The notes under the pieces: generated by a model
What the model was told of the DNA's origin: nothing
The model's input: the letters and a program-made list of their open reading frames with translations, nothing else
Database searches by the model: none
Shown here: one piece after another, positions 1 to 9,424 of the stretch
Layout: every line of letters starts with the position of its first letter
Numbering within the stretch: position 1 is the first letter of the stretch
Made by a program: the position numbers and the translations under genes
NCBI GenBank assembly: GCA_965243025.1
Contig: CBDETY010000003.1
Span: 5,696,001 to 5,760,000, forward strand
Origin: Candidatus Latescibacterota bacterium
Lineage (GTDB): Bacteria > Latescibacterota > UBA2968 > UBA8231
Direction: 5' to 3'
Length of the DNA: 64,000 nucleotides

Positions 1-1
1 C

Positions 2-322
2 ATCAACACCCCCGGCGGCTGGCGCAACGACCTGTCCCGCTCCTTTGACGGGCCCGATTTCTGGCATTTCGCGACGGACATTGACGGGACCCGCCTGATC
101 ACGGACGCGGGTCCGAAAGACGGGGGCGGCGCGGTCTGGCTGTTCGACCTTCCCGGGGAAGAGGAAGGCGCCCTCGCGAATACGCGGAAGGTCGCAAACC
201 CCGGATCGTCCTGGCAGAAGGACACCCACATCCATCCCTTCCTCTCGCCGGACGGAGGTTCGGGCTTCTTCAACTCAGATGAAAGCGGGGTGCTGCAGGC
301 CTACATGGTGCGCGGCTGGTAA
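2..322 (+). CDS. C-terminal part of a TolB/oligogalacturonate-lyase-like beta-propeller protein (5' end outside window)
   Basis: Open frame from base 2 to TAA 320-322 ending ...THIHPFLSPDGGSGFFNSDESGVLQAYMVRGW, an HP-x-SPDG...F-x-SD-x-G final blade. Confidence 0.6.
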   Translation: MNTPGGWRNDLSRSFDGPDFWHFATDIDGTRLITDAGPKDGGGAVWLFDLPGEEEGALANTRKVANPGSSWQKDTHIHPFLSPDGGSGFFNSDESGVLQAYMVRGW

Positions 323-346
323 GTGACGTAAGTGCCCGTCCGAAGG

Positions 347-1300
347 TTACCGTAAGAAGCTGGCCTTGATGCGCGCCCACGAGTCGGTTGCGACCGCACT
401 GTCGCCGCTGTCGATGCCGCCGGCCGGAAGCAGGATCCCATCCATCAGGAGTTCGCCTTCGCCGACTGCAAATTCGTGAGCCGTCATCCCGAAGTAGTCG
501 CCGAGGGCGTACCACTTGTCCGCCCTGTTTCCACCCGGCTCATCGAAATCGCTCACGGTCGCTCGAAACCCGACAATCCGTCCCTCAGCCAGGTCCGATA
601 CCAGGCTTTTTTCGGGTTCCTTCCTGAGCAGCAGGTCGAACGGGGTGACGTAGAACTCGGTGACCCAGACCACGGGATTCTCTCCAGCGACCGAGCCCCC
701 ACCGTTTCCGTATGGTGGGTACCCCCACCAGCTTTCCCCACTTTCGAACCATGTCTCCAAATGACCCAGGCCAACGTGCGAGGTATCCATGCGCAGCGGT
801 ACGGCGAGGTACAATTGTGCTCCTTGATCCAAAAGTCCTGAATCGTCATTCGCCGTATCGAAAACGAAGTCGTTACCCCATGCGATCGAACCGTCATGGT
901 CGCCGTCGATCTCGATACCAACGTGGTCCTCTCCCCCCCGCTCCAGATGCTGGAAGGATCTTTCCTCCTCACCGATGTAGACGTCGTCGATGCAGATGGC
1001 GCCCATAAAAATGCGTTCGGAATCCCCGTCCCAGCCGAGCCAGATGCGAAAGTCGAGGTCGGACGGGTTGTAATCCATGCTCTCCCCACCACCCTGGTGA
1101 GAGGTGAAACCGGTGAAATCCAGGCTCGTGAGAGATGGCCCTCCGAAATGTTCTTCCCAGTCTTCAATGGATCCATCGGTCACGTCGATAGCGGCCTCTT
1201 CGGTTATCTCGTAGAACGGAAATACCCGGTCGCCGGCATGCCCGAGGACGGGGTCCAGGTCGAACAAAGCGATCACCGCTGAAAGAAGGATCACATGCAT
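347..1300 (-). CDS. Secreted acidic protein, possible CBM9/DOMON-like sugar-binding fold, with C-terminal SWARIKASF motif
   Basis: Hydrophobic N-terminus, Asp-rich 'IDVTDGSIEDW' and 'DGDHDG' segments, tail SAVATDSWARIKASFLR. Confidence 0.5.
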   Translation of the reverse strand: MHVILLSAVIALFDLDPVLGHAGDRVFPFYEITEEAAIDVTDGSIEDWEEHFGGPSLTSLDFTGFTSHQGGGESMDYNPSDLDFRIWLGWDGDSERIFMGAICIDDVYIGEEERSFQHLERGGEDHVGIEIDGDHDGSIAWGNDFVFDTANDDSGLLDQGAQLYLAVPLRMDTSHVGLGHLETWFESGESWWGYPPYGNGGGSVAGENPVVWVTEFYVTPFDLLLRKEPEKSLVSDLAEGRIVGFRATVSDFDEPGGNRADKWYALGDYFGMTAHEFAVGEGELLMDGILLPAGGIDSGDSAVATDSWARIKASFLR

Positions 1301-1317
1301 GACAACTTCCTATTTGT

Positions 1318-1731
1318 CTAGCAGTGTATCCCGTCCAGCTCGGGCAAGAGCTTGACGCTCTCCTGTTCGTTGGGGTCCGTCCGGGCGATCACGGCAGTGC
1401 AGGTATCGGTCTCGCTGGGATTGTATGGGAGGTGAGGGATGCCGGCGGGGATGTAGAGGAAGTCGCCGCTGTCGATGTCCACATGTTCTTCCAGGCTCTC
1501 GCCGTACCACATACCAGCTTTGCCGCTGATGATGTAAATGGCTGTCTCGTGGTCTTCGTGCAGGTGCGCCCTGGCTCGTTCTTTGGGAGGCAGGTTCAGC
1601 AGGTGCATGCAGATCCCCCGCGAGCCGGTGTTCTCCGCGGCGACCCCCGCAACATAGGTGAGTGCCTGTTTGCCTTCGTAGGATTCCCGGGGGCGAATCA
1701 CTTTGCAGGTTGGTTTCGGGTGCTCTGCCAT
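1318..1731 (-). CDS. Cupin domain protein
   Basis: AHLHEDHETAIYIISG and GDFLYIPAGIPH cupin motifs; GGAGG RBS before ATG 1731 (ORF track start 1788 belongs to the toxin stub). Confidence 0.85.
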   Translation of the reverse strand: MAEHPKPTCKVIRPRESYEGKQALTYVAGVAAENTGSRGICMHLLNLPPKERARAHLHEDHETAIYIISGKAGMWYGESLEEHVDIDSGDFLYIPAGIPHLPYNPSETDTCTAVIARTDPNEQESVKLLPELDGIHC

Positions 1732-1749
1732 TGTTTCCTCCGTGATTTT

Positions 1750-1788
1750 ACAGACCCAGGGCGTCAGTCCGTCGAGCAGGTACAGCAT
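1750..1788 (-). pseudogene. Stub of a FitB/VapC PIN toxin (MLYLLD...)
   Basis: ATG overlaps the antitoxin stop (TGATG) and encodes MLYLLD, the PIN first strand with its Asp; similarity then ends. Confidence 0.45.
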
Positions 1789-2036
1789 CAGCCGGAGAGG
1801 TCGACTTCGCGGATACCGCCTTCGATCCTTGCGAAGTCCTCGTCATCACCCACGTCGGGCATCGCTCTCAGGTACTGCTCGAACGACATCTTCGACGACT
1901 CGGCCCCGGTGCCGAGGAGGGCCTCGCGCAGAATCGCACGGTGCTCTTCCTCGGCGGAGCGACCCTTCCGGCCGGCGCGCTCCTTGAGCCGGGCGACGAC
2001 CTCCGGTTCCAGCTTCCTGACGATCAGCTGTGCCAT
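1788..2036 (-). CDS. FitA-like ribbon-helix-helix antitoxin
   Basis: MAQLIVRKLEPEVVARLKERAGRKGRSAEEEHRAIL matches the FitA/Arc RHH pattern. Confidence 0.8.
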   Translation of the reverse strand: MAQLIVRKLEPEVVARLKERAGRKGRSAEEEHRAILREALLGTGAESSKMSFEQYLRAMPDVGDDEDFARIEGGIREVDLSG

Positions 2037-2479
2037 GCGTGCGAATATGATAGCATTGAATCACCGGTCAACCGCCGGAATGGCCACTGCGGAAACCTCC
2101 AGCTTCTGCGGCTCGAGCGCGCGACCCGTTGACCAGGGAGGGCGGTCCCGTTGAAGAGCGAGTTGAGCTTCCGTGCCGGGTGCCCGCCATCGACGCCAAT
2201 GTCGGCGCCGGTCACTCCCATCTGCGGCAGGCCCCGTCGACACTCCGGAGGAGCTGCGGGCAAAGCTCGGCCGCCACGGCGTCGAGCGGGGGTCATTTTC
2301 CTACCTTCTTGGTGGGTTGGTGGCAATCACACTTCTGCGTACTTCTCTAACTATCTCGCAGGCCGAGAAGGCTGAGCTCGCAGCCGAAGTCGGCGGTCAC
2401 AACAAAAGGTCAGGTCCATGAAGCTCGGAGAATACAGCCTGGTTGACGACACCGAGTTGCGATTGGTGATCTGGGCGGC

Positions 2480-2917
2480 ATGAAGCTCTCTACCATCGGC
2501 TTCACCAGGAAGCCTGCCGGCCGATTTTTCGAACTACTCCGTCAATCGGGCGCCAGACGCGTCGTCGACGTACGGCTCAACAATGGGTCGCAGCTCGCCG
2601 GTTTCACCAAGAAGGACGACCTCCCCTACTTTCTCGATAAGCTTTGCGGCATGGAGTACGTCCACCTTCCCGCGCTGGCCCCGACGAAGGTAATTCTCGA
2701 CGACTTCAAAAAGCGGAAGGGCGACTGGAAGACCTACGAGGATCGCTTCCTCGCCCTGATGCGGGAGCGGCGGATCGAGGAGACGGTCCCCAGGGAGATC
2801 GTCGCGGACAGTTGCCTCCTGTGCAGCGAAGACAAGCCCCACCACTGCCACCGGCGTCTCGTCGCGGAGTACCTGGACCAGCATTGGGGCGGCGTCGAGA
2901 TCTCCCATCTCGGATAG
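2480..2917 (+). CDS. DUF488 family protein
   Basis: TIGFT, VDVRLNN-SQLAGF, LAPT and CLLCSEDKPHHCHRRLVAEYL motifs. Confidence 0.9.
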   Translation: MKLSTIGFTRKPAGRFFELLRQSGARRVVDVRLNNGSQLAGFTKKDDLPYFLDKLCGMEYVHLPALAPTKVILDDFKKRKGDWKTYEDRFLALMRERRIEETVPREIVADSCLLCSEDKPHHCHRRLVAEYLDQHWGGVEISHLG

Positions 2918-2926
2918 AGGCATGGC

Positions 2927-3253
2927 ATGAATAAACCGGCCGTTGAGACTTTCATTCCGACCATGGTGGACCGCATCGTGGAGGGCTTCCAGCCTGCACG
3001 GATCGTCCTCTTCGGGTCCCATGCACGAGGCTCGGCAACCGAGTGGAGTGACGTGGACTTGCTCGTGATTCTGCCCAACGTGTCTGACAAGCGGGACACG
3101 GCAATCGAGATCCGCAGGACCTTGGGGGATCTACCGGTCTGCAAGGACATCGTGGTAGCGACTCCCGAGGAAGTCACCCGCCGGGGCCACATTGCCGGCA
3201 CCGTGTTGCGTTCAGCACTTCGTGAAGGCCGGGTCGTTTATGAACGACCCTGA
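2927..3253 (+). CDS. Minimal nucleotidyltransferase (MNT antitoxin)
   Basis: LFGSHARG...SDVDLLV pol-beta NTase motif, 108 aa. Confidence 0.85.
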   Translation: MNKPAVETFIPTMVDRIVEGFQPARIVLFGSHARGSATEWSDVDLLVILPNVSDKRDTAIEIRRTLGDLPVCKDIVVATPEEVTRRGHIAGTVLRSALREGRVVYERP

Positions 3254-3290
3254 AACCGTAAATGCAATTCGCCGCTGGCTTCGATACCCA
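3240..3290 (+). pseudogene. Truncated HEPN toxin N-terminus
   Basis: ATG 3240 overlaps the MNT end; MNDPETVNAIRRWLRY resembles the first helix of MNT-linked HEPN proteins, then similarity is lost. Confidence 0.4.
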
Positions 3291-3375
3291 GGGGGTTTAC
3301 GACTCGATAGGTCCGGAGTCCGCAGCGTACAGACGCTGAATAAGGGTCGAAGGCCCCACACAAGAGAACAAGCAA

Positions 3376-3951
3376 ATGGCAATCACAAACCACGAGCGCG
3401 TCGGCAAGGGGATGGAATCGCTCCGGCAGGGCTAGCCCCGTTCGTCGAACGCGAGCTGCACCACAGGATCGAAACCGGGGCCGTCCACATGGAGTGCTCC
3501 GCCGCTTCGAAATCGACAAGCCCTACGAGTGGGACGCCGCCGCCCTTCTCCGGCTGATGTGGGAAACCTGGAACGACGGCTACCGCGACATCCTCGGTGC
3601 CACGTAGCTCAGCATGGTCAATGAGCTGCGCGTCTGGCGCAACAAGGGGGCGCACCAGGGGTCCTTCTCCAGTGACGACGCCGACCGCGCCCTCGACTCG
3701 GTCGAGGGGCTGCTCAAGGCGGTTTCCGCGCCCCAGGCGGCAGAGGTCGCCGCGATGAAAATGGAACTGCGCCGGCGGGTGTTCGAAGAGCAGGCGCGCG
3801 GAGAACGTCGCAAGGCGGCCGGCAGTCTTGTCGAAGCCGTGAGCGATGGGGACTCAAGCCCTGGCGCGTGGTGGTGACTCCTCACGCCGACGTGGACAGC
3901 GGCCGCTACCAGCATGCGGAGTTCGCCGCAGACCTGTGGCAGGTTCACTAA
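3376..3951 (+). pseudogene. Swt1-like HEPN / DUF499 AAA-ATPase pseudogene (5' fragment)
   Basis: Across frames: [88 protein letters not shown]; frameshifts and an internal TAG near 3605. Confidence 0.8.
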
Positions 3952-4121
3952 CTTATGCTGAGGGTGCCCCGTACCCTCAGACGTGATCGGTCACGTTTTC
4001 CAAGGACCTTGATATGCGCCGCCCCCGCATGCGATTTGGCCCACGGTCAGCAGTGCGTTCCGACATATCTTGGAGGAGGCGGGGGCGAAGATCCCCTTCA
4101 TCCCCTCACGGGAGGACTTTC

Positions 4122-5131
4122 ATGGACCGCCTTCTTTTTTTGGGGCCCTTGCGATGGGCCTGAGTGCCTGCAGGGAACCTATTGACACGGTCCCTCGTGC
4201 CTTGATGCTCGAACAGCATGGTTTGGTCGAGGAGGCGAAAGGCATGTTTATAGAGATCGTCCACAGCGACGCCCATGATTCAAGCAAGGCGACATCCCTC
4301 TACCACCTCGGCTTAATCGCCTTCAATGAGAAGCGCCTTCAGGCTGCCCTTAATACGTGGAACAGTCTAACAGATCTATATCCCTCGTCTACCGAAGCCG
4401 AGCTGGTCTCCGAGCAGATGGACTACTTGGTTCGGGAAATCGCCCACCTGTCCAGCGACCTCGTCAGCGATGTCACGGCAAGGTTGTATTTTGAAGCATG
4501 CCGAATTCTGGTCAGGCGACATTAAAATGCCCACCTGGTCAATCGACACGAGCAATTTGGACCCAATCAATTTGGCTTGCGACTGGTATGACAAGGCTAT
4601 CAGGGAGTTTCCCCAAACCGACGTGGCGAGGAAAGCACACATCGAGAAATTCAGAACGATCCTGGGGAAAGAGGGGATCAAACTCTCGTTCGGCCGGTAC
4701 ATCGACCCTCTACTGACAGCATACCATGAATTCGAGAAGGCGTTTCCCGACGATGACAATTTGCCGGCCATGAAATACCAGATTGCCCAGGTATACTGGA
4801 GGCAAGGAATTGGCCACCTACGCCTGTCGGAAGTCCAAAAAACCATTGCGGAAGGGAGGGAATACGATGCGAAACGTGAAAAAGAATTCGCTGACCACCC
4901 CTCTTTTCTGGCCATTCAAAATGGTCGGAAGATTCCCTGGAAAGAGCCAAGGAGTACGCAGCCAAAGCTAGTAAGAGCCTGAACGACGCAAGAAGGTCGG
5001 AAAAGACATTCAAACAACATATGATGAAAGCCAAGGAGAGGTTGAACTTGATTATCGAAGGGGGAGATTCAAATTCTTTCTACACGAGACTCGCCACAGC
5101 TCGCCTGAACGAAATCCTTTCGCAGGAATAA
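4122..5131 (+). pseudogene. Frameshifted TPR-like lipoprotein
   Basis: ATG 4122, shift in T-run near 4135 restores a lipobox (LAMGLSAC); TPR-like helices continue through ORFs 4070-4525 and 4470-4982 and a third frame to TAA 5131. Confidence 0.55.
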
Positions 5132-5734
5132 CCAACTCCCTGCTTGAACGACAGTGTATCCGGGGTACAAGTCGCATGGCTATTCTCCTCCTTGACGTTT
5201 ATGCGATGGAACCACGAATACCGACTTGTTTGTATGGAAACTCGAGATGGATTTCCTTCAGGTCAGTCCTGCTGTGTTGGTGTGGCGTGCTCGATCAGCT
5301 TGATAGTCAGGTGCAGGAAAGGTTCCGAACATCAACAGCACCAGGATCACCGGCATCAAGCATAGGGTCGGTATCACCGCACATCAGCCATCACCCACTT
5401 CGTTACCGGCCAAGACAGCGCCAGGATGTTCCAAGCGAGGCCGCGTTGCTTTAGGTAGATGAATGAGGGTCGTTTGAAGATCCTTCGGAAGAACTCGTAG
5501 AACCCTTTTTGGATTTCTCTCGCCCCGTATCCGGTTCAAACCGGGACCTGAGGGACTGTTGATTGCACGCGCACCCGTACGGCGGAACCCGAATGCGCGT
5601 CGAGGATACAGGTTGGTCGACACCCGGGTAGACCCCTACGGAGTCCTTGCATTCCCGGAACTTCCGCTGCACCTTGGGGACCGACCTTAGCAAGCAAAGA
5701 CCATGGGTGTAGGCCTACACTCAGTAAGTAACCT

Positions 5735-5952
5735 GGGGCAACTACGAAATGGGCAAGCTATCAGGCCTTGACTGGCTGAAACTACATCAATCCCGACCAA
5801 GGCGGGGGCATTATCAACAACGTGAACTTTTGGGCGGAAGAGAACGGGTATCCGCGCAATATCATCGACCTCGAAAACGCATCGTGACGGTCAATGTCGA
5901 GACGATTCGCATGGTGTGGGAGCAGCCGGAGCTGCGGGTGGAAGAGGTATGA
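5735..5952 (+). pseudogene. Degraded C-terminus of a Type ISP restriction-modification enzyme
   Basis: Across frames: YEMGKLSGLDWL..GIINNVNFWAEENGYPRNIIDL..KRIVTVNVETIRMV..PEL, resembling the ISP specificity-domain tail; stop overlaps the herA ATG (ATGA). Confidence 0.6.
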
Positions 5953-8099
5953 CTGAGTCGCACGCTGAGCCCCCAGATCTCCTTGGCCGCCTCGAGCCAG
6001 ATATGGCGCGTGAGGAATTGTCGGACCGCGCAGTGGCCGCCCAAAATGAGATACGTGCTCTGCTGGATGCGGAATGTCAGGTTGGCGACCTCATCCGGAT
6101 GGACTTTGGCGAGGCACACATTCTGGTTCACGACGCCCTGCGGCTGCAAGTCGGCGGCGTGCCCCACGGCTGTTTGTTGCTGGCGGCACGAACCCAGGTG
6201 GCAGGTGACCCTCGTGGTGAGGCGGGGGAGGTGATGCCCTCGCTGCTGCTTCTGCGGGTTTTGGGAAGCAGTGCTTTGCCGAATGACATCGAGATGCAGC
6301 AGGCTCGATTCCAAGCTGGACAACGGGCTTCGGACAGCCTGCACAACTGGGATGAGAATCAGAACACAGACCAGTTTACGCTTCACCAGATGCGGTATGC
6401 AGGCCTACGCTGCTCCATCCTCGGAACGTTTCGCATGGTTCTCAGAGGAGACCCCGGGGAGTGGGGCCTCACATTCGGGAGCGACATCGACAACTTCTAC
6501 GCAGGGCAGGGCATGAAGGTATACAAGCCTGTTGGTGAGGCTTTGGAGCGCATCGTCAACTTCACGACGGCCAACGTATCTGATTCGGCCCGTGTTCGGA
6601 TCGGTGAGATCAAGTACGCTGCCGCCCTGGATGCAGGCCGGGCTGAGTCCGTGCCTGTCCAGATGACGACCCGCGATGTCGTCTCTCAGCGCACTGCCCT
6701 GTTCGGTATGACCCGAACCGGGAAGTCGAACACTGTCAAGACTCTCGCCCGCGCAGTTTTCGAGTTGCGGCTGGGGGACGAGACGCCGGAGCGGGTCGCG
6801 CAGCTGATTATCGACCCGAACGGGGAGTACGCGAACGACAACCCACAGGACGAAGGCTGTCTGCGCAACGTAAGGCATCTCCCAGGGGCCAGCTTGGATG
6901 ACGTGGTGACCTACGGTCTGACCCCCCATCCCAACGATCGGGAACGCCGGATCACCAAAATGAACTTTTTTGGCCCTGAGCTCAGTCAACAACCGCCGCG
7001 TAGCGCAGGTGAACTCGACGCGGTGTTGCAGTCCTTGTACATGGGTAAGCAGGTCATCGACGGGCGCCTTGATATGGAAGGGGCCGCGTACATCGCCGCA
7101 TTCCGTGGAACGGAAATGACGGCGCCCCCGGGGGTGACCGACCACGGAGAGTATGTACGCTACCGTCGCGCAGTGATCGTCTATCAGTCCGCCTTGGCCG
7201 CGGCCGGATTCGCCCCGCCTGGGGCCAGTGTTTCTGTGAGCGGGCTATTCAGCCGCGATGTTCGCCGGGCAATGGCTAGCGACTCCGAGTTATCCGGCTT
7301 CGCCGATCAAATCGGAGGGGACCTTAGGTGGGATGCCGCCTCGGAGTTCTGTCGGCGCCTGAGTAAATGGTTCGAGCGAGGAGGAGGAGGGCACCAATTT
7401 GATCGTGAATACCAGTCCTCTCATGACGGGCGTAACTGGAGCGACGATCGCCTCCTGGGCCTGTTGCGCATCTTCGAGAACACGCGAGGGGTTCAGGCGC
7501 TCCGTGAGTGCCGGGAGTGGCACGACCCACAACGGAATGCGGACTACACGGAGGAGATTGTCGCGGATCTCGCGGAGGGGAAGCTGGTCATTCTCGATCA
7601 GGCGCTCGGTGATCCTGTGATGAACGAGCAGTCCGCGGAGCGTATCATGCGCGCGATTTTCGCTCGACAGCAGGTGCGTTTCACGAATCCAGATAGGGGA
7701 CCGGACGGATCGTTCCTGGACCCCGATCCTGTCATCGTTTACATCGAGGAGGCGCACACAGTCCTGCCCCGCGGAAGTGAGGATGACACGCGCAACGTTT
7801 GGGCGCGAACGGCGAAAGAAGGCGCGAAATTCAACATCGGCCTCGTCTACTCGACGCAGGAGCCGTCTTCCGTCCAGCGCAACATCCTTCGGAACACAGA
7901 GAACTGGTTCCTCTCCCACCTCAATAACACGGCAGAGACGCGAGAACTCGACCAGTATAACGACTTCGCGGACTTTAGCGCTGGCATCCGGCGGGTGAAG
8001 GAGATTGGATTTCTCAAGGTGCGGACAATGTCCAGTCCCTACACCCTGCCCGTGCAGATAGATCGCTTCACTGCCCCGCCGGGGCTACCGGGGGACTGA
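5949..8099 (+). CDS. HerA-like ATPase (DUF87 / FtsK-HerA superfamily)
   Basis: Walker A GMTRTGKS, IIDPNGEY, Walker B VYIEEAH, AKEGAKFNIGLVYSTQ; GAGG before ATG 5949. Confidence 0.9.
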   Translation: MTESHAEPPDLLGRLEPDMAREELSDRAVAAQNEIRALLDAECQVGDLIRMDFGEAHILVHDALRLQVGGVPHGCLLLAARTQVAGDPRGEAGEVMPSLLLLRVLGSSALPNDIEMQQARFQAGQRASDSLHNWDENQNTDQFTLHQMRYAGLRCSILGTFRMVLRGDPGEWGLTFGSDIDNFYAGQGMKVYKPVGEALERIVNFTTANVSDSARVRIGEIKYAAALDAGRAESVPVQMTTRDVVSQRTALFGMTRTGKSNTVKTLARAVFELRLGDETPERVAQLIIDPNGEYANDNPQDEGCLRNVRHLPGASLDDVVTYGLTPHPNDRERRITKMNFFGPELSQQPPRSAGELDAVLQSLYMGKQVIDGRLDMEGAAYIAAFRGTEMTAPPGVTDHGEYVRYRRAVIVYQSALAAAGFAPPGASVSVSGLFSRDVRRAMASDSELSGFADQIGGDLRWDAASEFCRRLSKWFERGGGGHQFDREYQSSHDGRNWSDDRLLGLLRIFENTRGVQALRECREWHDPQRNADYTEEIVADLAEGKLVILDQALGDPVMNEQSAERIMRAIFARQQVRFTNPDRGPDGSFLDPDPVIVYIEEAHTVLPRGSEDDTRNVWARTAKEGAKFNIGLVYSTQEPSSVQRNILRNTENWFLSHLNNTAETRELDQYNDFADFSAGIRRVKEIGFLKVRTMSSPYTLPVQIDRFTAPPGLPGD

Positions 8100-9424
8100 T
8101 GCCCTACGGAAACGAGTACGCCAGCGGCGACTCCCTGTGGCGCCTTGTCGAGAGTGAAAGCGTCAAGGAGTTCGAGGGCATGATTCGCCGGGGCGATCCG
8201 GAGGATGCGCCCGAGCCACCGCCTCCGCTAACGCCTCCACGGGGCGTAGACCTAATTTCTCGCATCATCGTCATTGACGGTTCCACGGTCACCCACGCGG
8301 TTCGCAACGGGTACCCCGGCGCTGAAGCGGCGCTGCTCCAGCTGGCTGCTGTCATTATCGACCTTTCGGCGCTGAGGAGCATTCCTCGGGGATCGATCCC
8401 CCGCCCGAGCGCTATTCGCGATATGGAGGACTGCAGAACTCTTGATTCGGTGCTACCGGGCAGGAACGTTGTGCGGCGCAGCGTGCCGGGAGACACGCCG
8501 AGAACCTACTTCCGCTTCACCATTCACGAGATGCTGTCGGGCAGGAAGGTCGACCGTGATCACGAGACGCTGCTCGAGACGATGCGCGCCATTGCTCCCC
8601 CACGGAGCTTTCAGTGCCCCGCGGACGAATGCGAGGAGTCGCTGCCGGAACTCTCCGGCACTGGTCACTGCCCCTGCGAAAGGAAAGTTTTGGTATTCGA
8701 GACCGACAGCTTGCGGTTGCACGAGCGATTCGAAGACTTCGGTTCCTCGGCGCAGGCCTACACAGCCGCACGGCAGGTCGTGGAACACTTGGCAATGGTT
8801 AACATCATGCGCTTCTTTGCGCGGCGGGGCTGGTGGAATGCGTTCCGCACTACCGCCTTCGTGATGGACGGCCCGCTCGCCATTTTTGGGATGCCTGCGT
8901 GGCTCAAGAGTCACGTCCAGAACGAGGTCACCCGCCTGCACGAACTGGCGCTGGAACATGGTGGGCCTGGGGTCCTGCTCTTCGGTGTCGAGAAGGGCGG
9001 TATGTTCCTCGACCATCTCGAGGCGCTGGACCAGAGCGACCAGGAAGGACCTCGCTCCCTGCTCGATCCCGGAACAGCGCTAGCGCCTGACCGCGAGTAC
9101 GTCCACGGCCACATCGCTCTTCGGCCTCTCGACGCCAAACCGCACGGTGACGTAACTGACTATGGCCGCCGGGTGATGTACAAGAATGGGCTTGGGCAAC
9201 ACTCGGTGGTCATGACGCCAATCGTCAACGCCGCAGGAGAGAATCGCGATTGCGTGGAAGAGACCGCGTATCCACGGATAGGCGAGGTGCTCGACATAAT
9301 GGACGAATTCTCCACCTACCTTTACGAGGACGGATTCGCGCCGCTTGTGCGCGCGCACGCTCATGCTGCCATCCCGCTGAAGGCTGGCATCGGGCTTCTC
9401 ACAGAGCTCTTCACAGAGGAATGA
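8099..9424 (+). CDS. NurA-domain nuclease
   Basis: IVIDGS, FVMDGPL, GVEKGG and C-terminal AHAHAAI motifs; Cys-rich insert CPADEC..CPC; coupled to herA by TGATG. Confidence 0.8.
   Translation: MPYGNEYASGDSLWRLVESESVKEFEGMIRRGDPEDAPEPPPPLTPPRGVDLISRIIVIDGSTVTHAVRNGYPGAEAALLQLAAVIIDLSALRSIPRGSIPRPSAIRDMEDCRTLDSVLPGRNVVRRSVPGDTPRTYFRFTIHEMLSGRKVDRDHETLLETMRAIAPPRSFQCPADECEESLPELSGTGHCPCERKVLVFETDSLRLHERFEDFGSSAQAYTAARQVVEHLAMVNIMRFFARRGWWNAFRTTAFVMDGPLAIFGMPAWLKSHVQNEVTRLHELALEHGGPGVLLFGVEKGGMFLDHLEALDQSDQEGPRSLLDPGTALAPDREYVHGHIALRPLDAKPHGDVTDYGRRVMYKNGLGQHSVVMTPIVNAAGENRDCVEETAYPRIGEVLDIMDEFSTYLYEDGFAPLVRAHAHAAIPLKAGIGLLTELFTEE

Noticed and set aside
2061-2479. Short ORFs between fitA and DUF488
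   Set aside because: No recognisable motifs or consistent coding signal; probably relic DNA
3600-3612. In-frame TAG as pyrrolysine or readthrough
   Set aside because: The same gene has several frameshifts and is truncated, so this is ordinary decay
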